Shown one piece after another: positions 20,316 to 30,457 of a stretch of 64,000 bases of DNA. Numbering within the stretch: the first letter of the stretch is position 1; each line of letters starts with the position of its first letter. The notes under the pieces are model-generated. The model ran no database searches, had not been told where the DNA came from, and saw only the letters and a list, made by a program, of their open reading frames with translations. The DNA lies in the NCBI GenBank assembly GCA_012515515.1, contig JAAYYE010000006.1, positions 252 to 64,251 of the forward strand, written 5' to 3'. The position numbers were made by a program, and so were the translations under genes. The DNA is from Minisyncoccota bacterium. Lineage in GTDB: Bacteria; Patescibacteriota; Microgenomatia; UBA1400; PJMF01.

Positions 20316-20493
20316 GATCATGAAGCAAATTGCATTATACTTGATGATAGTTGGCAAATCAATCTGTTTTTTTTGCTAAAAAATTCATGTTATAATCATT
20401 AAGGAAATTTGGAGAACATTAACTGTTGATAATCTCTGCCAGAGATTACTCACTAGTTTTTTGGGTAATTTATAGTATAATTCTTAACCTCAG

Positions 20494-21072
20494 GTGATCA
20501 GAAAAAAATATAACAAACATATAAAAGATAACTTATTTGTGAAAGCGAATGCCAACATTCGTTTTCCAGAGGTGCGCGTTTTAACAGAACATGGTGAGAT
20601 GGTGGGCACCATGTCGTCTAGAGAAGCTTTTGTGAAAGCCATGGACGAGGGTAAAGACTTGGTATTAATTACTGAAAAATCTCAACCGCCCATTGTTAAG
20701 ATTATTGAATTGTCGAAATACAAATATCAGTTAAAAAAGAAAGAAGCTGATAATCGTAAAAAATCGAAAATTCAAGATCTAAAAGAACTGCGTTTCTCAC
20801 CGGTAATCGGTGAGGGTGATTATCAAACCAGATTAAAACAGTTAAGAGAATTTTTGACCAAGGGTCACAAGGTAAAAATTACTCTTTTCTTTAAAGGTCG
20901 ACAAATCACTCATAAAAAAACCGGTTATGAAGTTTTTGCAAGAATCGTTGAAGATTGTCAAGATTTAGCAAAACTCGAAATTGAGCCTCGCCTAATTGGC
21001 AAAAAGCTACAAGCTCAATTAGCGCCACTGGGCAAAGAAAACAAAAACAAGGATAGTCATGAAAAAAATTAA
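20494..21072 (+). CDS. infC: Translation initiation factor IF-3
   Basis: NANIRFPEVRV, DLVLI, KELRFSP, FKGRQ; non-ATG start, exact start uncertain. Confidence 0.95.
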   Translation: MIRKKYNKHIKDNLFVKANANIRFPEVRVLTEHGEMVGTMSSREAFVKAMDEGKDLVLITEKSQPPIVKIIELSKYKYQLKKKEADNRKKSKIQDLKELRFSPVIGEGDYQTRLKQLREFLTKGHKVKITLFFKGRQITHKKTGYEVFARIVEDCQDLAKLEIEPRLIGKKLQAQLAPLGKENKNKDSHEKN

Positions 21073-21262
21073 AGTTAAAACTAGAAAAGGCGTGGCCCGT
21101 CGTTTTCATATTACTGGCACTGGCAAAGTGATGCGACGTATTCAAAATCGTCGTCATTTGCGCAGAAACAAAAGTAAAAAAGCTATTCGTAATTACCGTA
21201 TCCCCGTTGAAGTTAAGGGTCCTTACGCATTAAAAATTAAAAGAATGCTCGGTCTTAATTAA
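21059..21262 (+). CDS. rpmI: 50S ribosomal protein L35
   Basis: KTRKGVARRFHITGTGK; infC-rpmI-rplT order. Confidence 0.95.
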   Translation: MKKIKVKTRKGVARRFHITGTGKVMRRIQNRRHLRRNKSKKAIRNYRIPVEVKGPYALKIKRMLGLN

Positions 21263-21279
21263 TTTGTCAGAAAGTTATT

Positions 21280-21633
21280 ATGCCAAGAACAAGAACTGGT
21301 ACTGTTAGACATCGTCGCCATAAAAAAGTGTTAAAGTTAACCAAGGGTTTTCGCGGAGCTAATAGTCGTTTATACAAAAGAGCCAAAGAAGCCCTGCTTC
21401 ATTCTGGTCAATACGCTTATATTGGTCGTAAACTACGCAAACGAGACATGCGTAAGTTGTGGATTATGCGAATTAATGCTGGTTTACATCAAATCAATCA
21501 ACAATTTAATTATTCACGATTTATTAATAATCTAAAAAAAGCCAACATTGCTCTGAATCGTAAAGTCTTGAGCGAATTAGCTGTTAGCGACTTCGACACT
21601 TTCAAAGAAATTGTGCTTAAAGCACAACAATAA
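21280..21633 (+). CDS. rplT: 50S ribosomal protein L20
   Basis: MPRTRTG, RKRDMRKLWIMRINA, LNRKVLSELA. Confidence 0.97.
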   Translation: MPRTRTGTVRHRRHKKVLKLTKGFRGANSRLYKRAKEALLHSGQYAYIGRKLRKRDMRKLWIMRINAGLHQINQQFNYSRFINNLKKANIALNRKVLSELAVSDFDTFKEIVLKAQQ

Positions 21634-21735
21634 TTATTGAAAAATTGGCATGAATTTATCAAGCCTAAACAAAAAACACCGCTTTACTCAAAAGTTTTTT
21701 AGCTTGAGAGTGGGGTAGTGATTTTACAATTTGGT

Positions 21736-21764
21736 AAAAAACCCCGCTACAAAGCGGGGTTTTT
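21736..21764. terminator. Intrinsic terminator between rplT and pheS
   Basis: aaaaaaccccgct-acaa-agcggggttttt hairpin. Confidence 0.85.
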
Positions 21765-21839
21765 AGAATTAACAATAAGAGAAAAAACACAAAAAAACTG
21801 CTAAAATACTAAAAGAAAAGATTAGAAAGAAAATTAAAC

Positions 21840-22904
21840 ATGTCTGCTTACCAAAAATTAGTGACACAGGGTCAAGATTTGTTTGAGCAATTTCTCCAAG
21901 AAATCAATCAACAAAATGCTCAAGAATTAGCAGTTAAATATTTGGGTAAAAAGGGCTTATTTAATCAACTCGCTGCGCAAATTAAAATTTTAACAAAAGA
22001 AGAAAAAAAAGATTTCGGCAGAGAACTCAACCAATTAAAAAATAAACTCGAATCAAAACTGGCAGATTATCAAAAGCAAGATTTTGCAAGCCAAGTTCAT
22101 CAAGACTTGACTATGCCGGGCATTCAGACCAAGGTTGGTCACTTACATCCAGTCTCTCAAGCCATTGAAGAAATTAGCCGAATTTTTGAAAAAATTGGTT
22201 TTGTTCGAATGAGCTATCCAGAAGTGGATTGGGATTATTACGTATTTGCAGCTCTCAATATGCCGACTAATCATCCAGCCCGCGATGAATGGGAAACTTT
22301 TTTTGTCGATCAAAAAGCTCATCCAAGCTTGGGCAAAATGGTGCTCACCACCCACACTTCCAATGGTCAAGTCAGAGAAATGGAGCGAGTTAAAGGTCAA
22401 TTGCCAATTCGCATGATGAATATCAGTCGTTGCTATAGACGTCAAAGTGATAATACTCATACCCAAATGTTTCATCAGTTTGAGGGTTTAGTGATTGATA
22501 AAGACATCAATATTCAACATCTAAAAGGAACAATCGATTATTTTGCCAAAGAATTCTTTGGTCCAAAAACTAAAAGTCGCATTCGTCCATTTCATTTTAA
22601 ATTTACTGAGCCATCTTTTGAAGTCGATTTTAGCTGTCATATTTGCCGAGGCACCGGCTACATTAAAGATGAGCATCATCACAAAATAAATTGCCGTTTT
22701 TGTAAGTCTGGTTGGCATGAAGTGGGTGGGGCAGGCATGGTCCATCCCAATGTCTTAAAAGCGGGTGGCTTTGATAGTAATAAATATCGCGGTTTTGCTT
22801 TTGGTTGGGGAGTTGAGCGCAGTTACACCCTTAAACAAGATTTGAACATCGACGACATTCGCTTATTTTATTCAGGTAATCAAGAATTTTTAGAACAATT
22901 TTAA
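21840..22904 (+). CDS. pheS: Phenylalanyl-tRNA synthetase alpha subunit
   Basis: HPARD, THTS, FHQFEG, FTEPS, GFAFGWGVER; CxxC...CxxC insert. Confidence 0.96.
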   Translation: MSAYQKLVTQGQDLFEQFLQEINQQNAQELAVKYLGKKGLFNQLAAQIKILTKEEKKDFGRELNQLKNKLESKLADYQKQDFASQVHQDLTMPGIQTKVGHLHPVSQAIEEISRIFEKIGFVRMSYPEVDWDYYVFAALNMPTNHPARDEWETFFVDQKAHPSLGKMVLTTHTSNGQVREMERVKGQLPIRMMNISRCYRRQSDNTHTQMFHQFEGLVIDKDINIQHLKGTIDYFAKEFFGPKTKSRIRPFHFKFTEPSFEVDFSCHICRGTGYIKDEHHHKINCRFCKSGWHEVGGAGMVHPNVLKAGGFDSNKYRGFAFGWGVERSYTLKQDLNIDDIRLFYSGNQEFLEQF

Positions 22905-22931
22905 AAGAACAATGCAGATAACAAAGGATTC

Positions 22932-24989
22932 ATGAATATTTTAATACCACATAGCTGGCTAGGTGAATATTTGTCCAGTAAAGCGCGAGCTAAAGATATT
23001 CAAAAATACCTCTCTTTGAGTGGTCCTTCTGTCGAACGCTTAAACACTGTCAAACTAGCTAGTGGTAAAAAAGACTATGTTTACGATATTGAAGTTAGTA
23101 CTAATCGCGTTGACATGATGTCCATCGAGGGTATCGCCCGAGAAGCCACGACCATCTTAAATAGAGCTGGCTACACAGCGCGCATGATTAAAAAAAATTG
23201 GCCAGCCCTTAAACAACACCCCCAGCGTAACTTGGCTTTGCCAGAAATTATTTATGAAACTGAAGGTGTGAGAAGAGTGATGGCTGTTGTTTTAAGTGAT
23301 ATTAGCCAACAAAACAGTCCTCAATACATTCAAGATCGTTTACAAGCGGTGGCCATTAATGTGCACGACGCTGTCGTTGATATTAGCAATTATGTCACTC
23401 ATGAATTAGGTCATCCTTGCCATGTCTTTGATTACGACAAAATTATGCAAATGGGTGGCAAAATTATTATTAAAGAAGCTAAACCAGGAAAAAAATTCAT
23501 CACTTTGGATGAAGAAGTTCATCATACGGTAGGTGGAGAAATTGTTTTTGAAAATAGCGCTGGAGAAATTATTGATTTACCCGCGGTTAAAGGGACACTG
23601 AACACTGGTATCGATCAGAACACTAAAAACATACTATTTTGGATCGAATCACTAGATGCTCATAAGGTGAGATATGCTTCAATGGCTCAAGCGATTCGCA
23701 CCACAGCTGCCCAACTCAATGAAAAAAATGTTGATCCTTATTTAGCTGAAAAAGTGCTGCGCTATGCTGTTTATTTATTTGAAAAAATAGCTAAAGCTAA
23801 AGTTGCCAGTCCAGTTTATGATTATTTTCCAGATCAAAAATCCGGAAATAAAATTATAGTTAATAGTCAATTAATTAAAGATTATTTAGGCATCGATTTA
23901 CCCAAAAAAGAAATAACAGCGATTTTGAGAGATTTAGATTGCCAAGTAACACTTACTAAAGATAAGCAGGCAGATAAAGACAGGCAGGTAGATCAATTTG
24001 TCATTCTTGCGCCAACTTATCGAGCTGACTTAGAAATTCCCGCTGACATTATTGAAGAAATTGCTCGAATTTATGGTTATCATAATTTGCCCAGCCAATT
24101 AATGGCTGGCCAATTGCCCAGCGAGCATCCCCAGCAAAAGTTCTTTCAAGTCGAAAGTCGAATCAAAAACTTTTTAAGCCATTTGGCTTGGCAAGAAATA
24201 TATAGCTATTCATTAGTTAGTGATAAGGAAGCCTTAATGTCGGGTTACTCTTTGGCCAGCCATCTAAAATTGAGCAATCCGCTTAAAGAAGAAAATGTTT
24301 ATCTCCGTCGTTCAATTTTGCCTTCTCTAATTAGTATCATGCACAATAATCCGCAGAATCATGATTGGCAATTGTTTGAAATTGCTAGAACTTATCAGCC
24401 GCAAAAAAATGCCCTACCCAAACAAGATAGCTATTTAGCCATGCTCAGTAGGAGAAATTTCCGTCAAGTTAAAGGTGATCTGGAATTATTACTCAAGCAA
24501 TTTTTTATTTTAGAAAAAAAAGTTGTGGAGCTAGTTGTTGAAGAAATCATGACCAAAAATCATAGTATTTATCAGCAAAGTGCTAAATTAATTATTAAAA
24601 AACCCCAGGAGCGACTAGTGCTTGGTCATTTACATCTTTTTGAAGATGGCTTGGCTGGCATCGAAATTAAATTAAATAATTTATTAAAAGTTGTTAATTT
24701 TTATCCTCATTATCAGAAAAGTAATCAGTATGCGCAAATTATTGAACAGCTCACTTTCACCTTAAAAAAACCAGTCGCAGTTGGTGATTTTATCAACACC
24801 CTGATTAAAAGCCACAAGGATATTAAAGATTTTACTTTGGTCAATGTTTATCAAGATAATTATACTTTTGCTATTATTTATCAAGACAACAATAAAAATT
24901 TAAGCACAGAAGATGTTGAACCAATTCGCCAACAAGTGGTCAGTTTGGCAAAGAAAAAATTTCAAGCACAGTTGGTGGGAAAAATTTAA
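22932..24989 (+). CDS. pheT: Phenylalanyl-tRNA synthetase beta subunit (no B2 OB-fold)
   Basis: NRVDMMSIEGIARE, RADLEIPADIIEEIARIYGY, follows pheS. Confidence 0.93.
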   Translation: MNILIPHSWLGEYLSSKARAKDIQKYLSLSGPSVERLNTVKLASGKKDYVYDIEVSTNRVDMMSIEGIAREATTILNRAGYTARMIKKNWPALKQHPQRNLALPEIIYETEGVRRVMAVVLSDISQQNSPQYIQDRLQAVAINVHDAVVDISNYVTHELGHPCHVFDYDKIMQMGGKIIIKEAKPGKKFITLDEEVHHTVGGEIVFENSAGEIIDLPAVKGTLNTGIDQNTKNILFWIESLDAHKVRYASMAQAIRTTAAQLNEKNVDPYLAEKVLRYAVYLFEKIAKAKVASPVYDYFPDQKSGNKIIVNSQLIKDYLGIDLPKKEITAILRDLDCQVTLTKDKQADKDRQVDQFVILAPTYRADLEIPADIIEEIARIYGYHNLPSQLMAGQLPSEHPQQKFFQVESRIKNFLSHLAWQEIYSYSLVSDKEALMSGYSLASHLKLSNPLKEENVYLRRSILPSLISIMHNNPQNHDWQLFEIARTYQPQKNALPKQDSYLAMLSRRNFRQVKGDLELLLKQFFILEKKVVELVVEEIMTKNHSIYQQSAKLIIKKPQERLVLGHLHLFEDGLAGIEIKLNNLLKVVNFYPHYQKSNQYAQIIEQLTFTLKKPVAVGDFINTLIKSHKDIKDFTLVNVYQDNYTFAIIYQDNNKNLSTEDVEPIRQQVVSLAKKKFQAQLVGKI

Positions 24990-26202
24990 ACAACTGTTAT
25001 TATTTTTTACTGTCTTCAGTTTAAGCAGTAATTTATTTTTTAAATTTGCTATTGATCAAGCCTACCTCAAAGGCTTGTTAGTTGATTATTTAATCCCCAA
25101 AATATATTTGTTTGATTGTTTACTAATTGTTAATTTATTAATTTTTTTATTTAACAAAAAAAACTGGCTAAAACTAAAAAAAATTAAAATAAAATTAAAA
25201 AAAATTGATCAGCTAATTTTATTCTTGTTGGCTATATTTTTGATCAGACAATTCCTGCACATCAATTTAGCTGTCATTATTTATTTATTGCGCTTAGTGC
25301 TGATAATTATTTTTATGATCACTATTTATCTGGATCAAGAAAAGCAATTAATTGTGAGAAAAGCTTTATTGTGCTCGATACTCTGGCTAAGTTTTCTGGC
25401 TTATTATCAATTTTTTATGCAGCGATCTTTGGCTCCCTATCAATTTTTTGGCGAGCCAAACTTAGGCCATTTTGCTCTCATTAGTCGCGCTCAATTTTTC
25501 AATCAAGAAAAAATTTTACCCTATGCTAGCACTGCTCATCCCAACATTTTAGCTGGAATAATCAGTCTTTTTACCATGATCATCCTTGATAATAAAAATA
25601 AAAAACCACTAATTTCCAGCCTGTTGCTGCTGAATGCTTTAGTAATTATTTTCTTAACTCAATCTTTATCAGCTTTTCTTACTTTTTGTTTATTTTTAAT
25701 TTATTCATTCATTAAGCAGCGTGCCACAAATAAGCAAATAAGTGCTTGCTTAAAATTTTTTAATCTTTCTTTAATTGCATTATTCATTTTTACTCCACTG
25801 ATCATTAAACAATTGCAGCTCAATTTAGCTAAAGAATATCCGTCAATTTTACGACGAGCGACGCTTAACACTGCTGCTTGGGCCATGTTTAGCAATCAAA
25901 CAATTTTTGGTGTAGGACTTAACAATTACGTCAAAGAAGTCGAAAATTATAGTCAAAATCAAGAAATTGTGCGCTTTATTCAGCCAGTGCATCACGGGGG
26001 ATTATTATTGCTCAGCGAAGGGGGACTTATTGCTCTTGCTATCTTACTGTTGTTGGCTTGGAAATTTAGAACGCAAATTGCTTGGTCAAAATTATTAATT
26101 CTCAGCCCAATTTTTGCCTTGGATCATTATCTAATTACACAAGCAGTCGGGCTAACCAGCTGGCTGCTAATTATTACCATCAGCTGGAGGAGTCGGCGTT
26201 AA
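24913..26202 (+). CDS. O-antigen ligase/Wzy_C-like membrane protein (possible oligosaccharyltransferase)
   Basis: Multiple TMs, HPNILAG, FGVGLNNY, QPVH; start uncertain (overlaps pheT). Confidence 0.75.
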   Translation: MLNQFANKWSVWQRKNFKHSWWEKFKQLLLFFTVFSLSSNLFFKFAIDQAYLKGLLVDYLIPKIYLFDCLLIVNLLIFLFNKKNWLKLKKIKIKLKKIDQLILFLLAIFLIRQFLHINLAVIIYLLRLVLIIIFMITIYLDQEKQLIVRKALLCSILWLSFLAYYQFFMQRSLAPYQFFGEPNLGHFALISRAQFFNQEKILPYASTAHPNILAGIISLFTMIILDNKNKKPLISSLLLLNALVIIFLTQSLSAFLTFCLFLIYSFIKQRATNKQISACLKFFNLSLIALFIFTPLIIKQLQLNLAKEYPSILRRATLNTAAWAMFSNQTIFGVGLNNYVKEVENYSQNQEIVRFIQPVHHGGLLLLSEGGLIALAILLLLAWKFRTQIAWSKLLILSPIFALDHYLITQAVGLTSWLLIITISWRSRR

Positions 26203-29064
26203 TCCTGTGGGCGCTGCAGTCGGCTCTGGTGCTTTACTTGGTTTTGGAGTGGGACTGGGCTGTGGAGTTGGAGTTGGTTCAACATAATCCCAAGCAATAC
26301 CGCCAACACCGATTCTAACTTTGCTACTGGTCTTTATTTCATTATTTTTTGCATAGGCCTTAGCATAAAGCTCATATTTACCAGGCGCTAAATTAATTTT
26401 GCCTCGATATTCACTTTTGCCCTCGATGGTTTCCAAGAGCTTGTCATTGACATAAAGCTCTAATTTTTTGACACCATCATTACTCCCTGCACGAATTTCG
26501 ATCTCAACTTCTCGATCTTTAAAATTTTGTTTATCATCAGGCTTTCTTAATCTAACGCTCACATCTTCGAAATCACCACAATATTCAGTGGGGAAGTGAT
26601 AGCGCGAATCATCTTGACTAGCAATCCAAGCATCAATGCCGATCTGCCAACGATTTTGCCCATCCTCACTAAAGGGGTCGTATTCTTTAGCATAAATGAA
26701 TTCTCGTTTATCATAATTACCAGCAGCAATTTTCGCTTCAGTAGCTAATTTATCATTTTCCCCTTTACAAACTTTTTCTAAACGATGAATATGATCTGGA
26801 GAAGTAGCTAGCGTTCCCTTGATCACATAATCAGATTTACTGGGAAAATCATCATGCTTTGGAAAACCAGAAATTGCGTCAAGCTCAACTAATTCAACAG
26901 AGTCTGGCACTTCCCATTCGGGAGCCAAATAACCCATGTCCAGCGAGCCTAAAATAATGCGACGCCAAATTGGTGAAGCTCCAGTAATACCTGAAGCTAC
27001 ATAACTCATTGAGGTATTGTCATTATTGCCCACCCAGGTTGCCACTAAAACATCGCTGCTCCAACCAATTGTCCAGTTGTCTTTCATATCGTTGGTAGTT
27101 CCAGTTTTCACAGCAATTGGTCGGCCAGTATTTAAGAGAGAATTAGCACCAAAGGCTAAGAGGCGAGCATTATTATCTGAGAGTATATGATTAATTAAAA
27201 ATGCTTCACCTTCTTCAATGATTTTTTTACCTTGAGTTTTTTTATACTCATATAAAACTTTTCCTTCATTATCTTCAACTTTCAAAATTGCCACTGGCTC
27301 AATTTTCCGACCACCATTGGCAAAAATACTGTAAGCACTACCCAAATCAAGCATGTAGACTTCACCGCCTCCAAGAGTCAAAGCTAAACCAAAACGTTGT
27401 AAATTTGCTTGACTCGGTTCAAAAGTTTTCAAACCCATATCGTAAGCTAAAGTTAAAAATTCTTCTAAACCAACAGTAGCAAGTGATTTAACCGCTGGAA
27501 TATTTAAGGAGCTACCCAAGGACTGGCGCAAGTTCACAGGCCCACGAAACACGCCATCATAATTTTTTGGTGTATAGGGCTTTTCATCTTCATTGCGTAT
27601 AAAAGTAGTTTGCACATCCATAATCATGTGGGCAGGACTAAAACCACGCCTAATCATGCCCAGATAAGTAATTGGCTTAATTGCTGATCCAGGCTGTCTC
27701 AAACCGTTTGTTACCACATTAAATTGACCACCAATCTCATCATCAAAATAATCTTTACTACCGACCATCGCTAAAATTTCTCCAGACTGAGGATTAAGAG
27801 CTAAAGCTGCTCCATTGCTAATTTCATATTTATTAACTGCCTCAACTTCTTCAGTCACCACCGTTTGAGCTAGTTCTTGTAATTCCCAATCGAGCGTTGT
27901 GGTAACTTTAATGCCACCTTTTAATAATAATTCTTCGCCAAAAAGCTCTTCAAGTTGTCTTTGCACATAAAAAACAAAATGTGGTGCCTTTATCTCACTA
28001 ATTGCTCGATCAAAAGTTAAATTATCTAATTCACTTAATGCCTGTTGATGATCTTCTTTAGAAATGTAGTCATTGTCTTTCATTGCATTAAGCACGGCTG
28101 TGGTACGCATTTTCCAGAAAGGATTACCATTGCTATCCAAATGTGAAGAATATGGGGAATAAATACTGGGTCGCTGAGGCAAACCAGCTAAAAAGGCACT
28201 TTCGACAATGCTTAATTCGCTCATTGGTTTATTAAAATAAGCCTCGACAGCCGTGACCACCCCCCAAATATTACCACCATAAGGTGCCTCGTTGAGGTAC
28301 ATGGTTAAAATTTCATCTTTACTAAATTTTCGTTCAATTTGGATTGATAAAACCAATTCTTTAAACTTACGAACAATGGTACGTTCATTTGTTAATAAGG
28401 CATTTTTTACCAATTGTTGGGTAAGAGTAGAACCACCCACCACTCGTCCTCTAAAAATAAAATTGTAAGGAATACGCAAAATGGTTAAAAAATCAAAGCC
28501 ACTGTGTTTATAAAAATCGCGATCTTCAATGGCAATGGTGGCATTTTTTAGCACCTCGGGAATGTCTTCAATACGACTCGGCTGACGTCGTTCTTCTTTA
28601 AACAAATCATATAAAAGTTGACCATCACGATCGAGAATTTTACTACTATAACCCTCTCTTCTAATGACCTCTCCTGGCTTTGGCAAGTCTTTAGAGAACC
28701 AAATAAACATGACAAAAAAAGCAATTATCCCTAAAACAACCAGCGCGCAAAAGGCAATGGCTAAAATTCGCCAAGTTTTGATTTTTCTTAATTTCTTTTC
28801 GCTCGGACTTAATTGTTTACGACTTAAGCGTCTTCTTTTTGGCATAATTAAATATAAAAAACTTTCCCAATAAATTGTTAATTTTGTTTTGATGCGTCTT
28901 AGTAACCACTGTAAGCGACGCCACCAAGAAATTTGCCTTTGAGGAGCTGCTACCCTGTGTTCCTCAGGTACTTGATGTTCACCATGCTCCTCATCTTCTT
29001 CGCCGCGTATTATTTGCTCAGGCAATTCTTCGCTTGATGGTGTTTGCTCAGGCAGATCATCCAT
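26167..29064 (-). CDS. Class A penicillin-binding protein with Ig-like domain and Pro/Thr tail
   Basis: Transglycosylase IEDRDFYKHSG and GGSTLTQQL; transpeptidase SAIK, SLN, KTG. Confidence 0.95.
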   Translation of the reverse strand: MDDLPEQTPSSEELPEQIIRGEEDEEHGEHQVPEEHRVAAPQRQISWWRRLQWLLRRIKTKLTIYWESFLYLIMPKRRRLSRKQLSPSEKKLRKIKTWRILAIAFCALVVLGIIAFFVMFIWFSKDLPKPGEVIRREGYSSKILDRDGQLLYDLFKEERRQPSRIEDIPEVLKNATIAIEDRDFYKHSGFDFLTILRIPYNFIFRGRVVGGSTLTQQLVKNALLTNERTIVRKFKELVLSIQIERKFSKDEILTMYLNEAPYGGNIWGVVTAVEAYFNKPMSELSIVESAFLAGLPQRPSIYSPYSSHLDSNGNPFWKMRTTAVLNAMKDNDYISKEDHQQALSELDNLTFDRAISEIKAPHFVFYVQRQLEELFGEELLLKGGIKVTTTLDWELQELAQTVVTEEVEAVNKYEISNGAALALNPQSGEILAMVGSKDYFDDEIGGQFNVVTNGLRQPGSAIKPITYLGMIRRGFSPAHMIMDVQTTFIRNEDEKPYTPKNYDGVFRGPVNLRQSLGSSLNIPAVKSLATVGLEEFLTLAYDMGLKTFEPSQANLQRFGLALTLGGGEVYMLDLGSAYSIFANGGRKIEPVAILKVEDNEGKVLYEYKKTQGKKIIEEGEAFLINHILSDNNARLLAFGANSLLNTGRPIAVKTGTTNDMKDNWTIGWSSDVLVATWVGNNDNTSMSYVASGITGASPIWRRIILGSLDMGYLAPEWEVPDSVELVELDAISGFPKHDDFPSKSDYVIKGTLATSPDHIHRLEKVCKGENDKLATEAKIAAGNYDKREFIYAKEYDPFSEDGQNRWQIGIDAWIASQDDSRYHFPTEYCGDFEDVSVRLRKPDDKQNFKDREVEIEIRAGSNDGVKKLELYVNDKLLETIEGKSEYRGKINLAPGKYELYAKAYAKNNEIKTSSKVRIGVGGIAWDYVEPTPTPQPSPTPKPSKAPEPTAAPTGLTPTPPADGNN

Positions 29065-29111
29065 GTCGCCATTCTATCAAACTTATCCACATGCTACAAT
29101 AAAACGATTTT

Positions 29112-30326
29112 ATGTCAAATAAATTAAATACCAATCTAGAAGAAATTAATAAAGTGCTTGAGCGCGGTGTTGAGCAAATCTTGCCCAAGAAAGAGACTTT
29201 AGCCAAACTGATGAGTGAAAGAGTCATCACGCTCTATCTTGGCATTGATCCGACCGGCCATCAATTGCATCTGGGGCACAGCGTCCCTTTGCGCAAGTTA
29301 CAGGACTTTGCCGAACTTGGTCATCGCGTCATTCTCCTAGTGGGCAATGGCACGGTCAAAATTGGCGATCCTACCGGTCACGATCAAAGCCGACCAATGT
29401 TAAGCGATGAGGAAATCAAGGCTAATTTTGCCAATTGGCAAAGACAGGCAAGTAAAATTTTAGATTTTTCGCTAATCGAAATTCGGCATAATGCTGATTG
29501 GCTCGATCGCCTAACTTACAGCGATTTATTAAAATTAATGGCAAAAGCCACCGTCCAACAATTATTAGAACGAGACATGTTTCAAAATCGCTTAAAGAAA
29601 AATTTACCAATCTATGCCCACGAAATAATCTACCCCTTACTACAGGGTTATGATTCGGTGGTCATGGATGTCGATTTAGAAATTGGTGGCAGAGATCAAA
29701 CTTTTAACATGTTAATGGGTCGGCAGTTGCAAAATGTTTATCAGCAAAAAGAAAAATGGGTGCTCAGCACACCGCTGATTGAGGGCACTGATGGTAGAAA
29801 AATGGGCAAGTCTTTCAATAATTATATTGCTCTCGATGATAGCCCCGTAGATATTTATGGCAAAATTATGAGCATTAGCGATGACTTAATTATTAAATAT
29901 TTTGAAGTTTTAACCAGAGTCGATATGCTGCAAATTCAAGAAATGAAGCAAGCCCTTGATCGTGGAGAAAACCCCATGTTATTTAAAAAAGAATTAGCCA
30001 GGCAAATTACTGCCGATTTATATGATCAAGAAGCTAGTCTTAAAGCTAGTGAACATTTTCAAGCCATTGTGCAAAATAAAGCGACGCCTGATCTTGAAGA
30101 ATTTACTGAATTAATTATAGAAATTAATGAAAAAAACGGCCAGCTATCTTCCTCAAATAACATCTTTAGCAATAGTGAATTAGGACGCTTGTTAGAGCAG
30201 GGGGCAGTCAAATTATTACCTGAACAAAAAACTATTAATTCTTGGCAAGAATTACTTGCCTTGGCTAATGATAGTCAATTAAAAATTGGCAAACATCGTT
30301 TTTATCAATTAAAAATCAAAAGATAA
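29112..30326 (+). CDS. tyrS: Tyrosyl-tRNA synthetase
   Basis: GIDPT, HLGH, YPLLQGYD, GGRDQ, KMGKS. Confidence 0.97.
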   Translation: MSNKLNTNLEEINKVLERGVEQILPKKETLAKLMSERVITLYLGIDPTGHQLHLGHSVPLRKLQDFAELGHRVILLVGNGTVKIGDPTGHDQSRPMLSDEEIKANFANWQRQASKILDFSLIEIRHNADWLDRLTYSDLLKLMAKATVQQLLERDMFQNRLKKNLPIYAHEIIYPLLQGYDSVVMDVDLEIGGRDQTFNMLMGRQLQNVYQQKEKWVLSTPLIEGTDGRKMGKSFNNYIALDDSPVDIYGKIMSISDDLIIKYFEVLTRVDMLQIQEMKQALDRGENPMLFKKELARQITADLYDQEASLKASEHFQAIVQNKATPDLEEFTELIIEINEKNGQLSSSNNIFSNSELGRLLEQGAVKLLPEQKTINSWQELLALANDSQLKIGKHRFYQLKIKR

Positions 30327-30329
30327 ACT

Positions 30330-30440
30330 ATGTCATTGAGTCGAAAAAAAAGAGCAAAAATTGTCCGTTTTTTTGTAATTTTTGGAACTGCAATTATCAT
30401 TTTTAGTAGTCTTGCTAGCCTGCTTTTTGTCTTTTTCTAA
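30330..30440 (+). CDS. Small single-TM protein, 36 aa (not in ORF track)
   Basis: MSLSRKKRAKIVRFFVIFGTAIIIFSSLASLLFVFF*; fills the tyrS-recG gap; basic N-terminus plus hydrophobic helix. Confidence 0.7.
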   Translation: MSLSRKKRAKIVRFFVIFGTAIIIFSSLASLLFVFF

Positions 30441-30457
30441 AAACCAACTTTGTCTTT

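Noticed and set aside
21634-21839. T-box or attenuator leader for pheS
   Set aside because: No T-box consensus or Phe-rich leader peptide; the hairpin is explained as the rplT terminator and pheS has its own TGcTAAAAT
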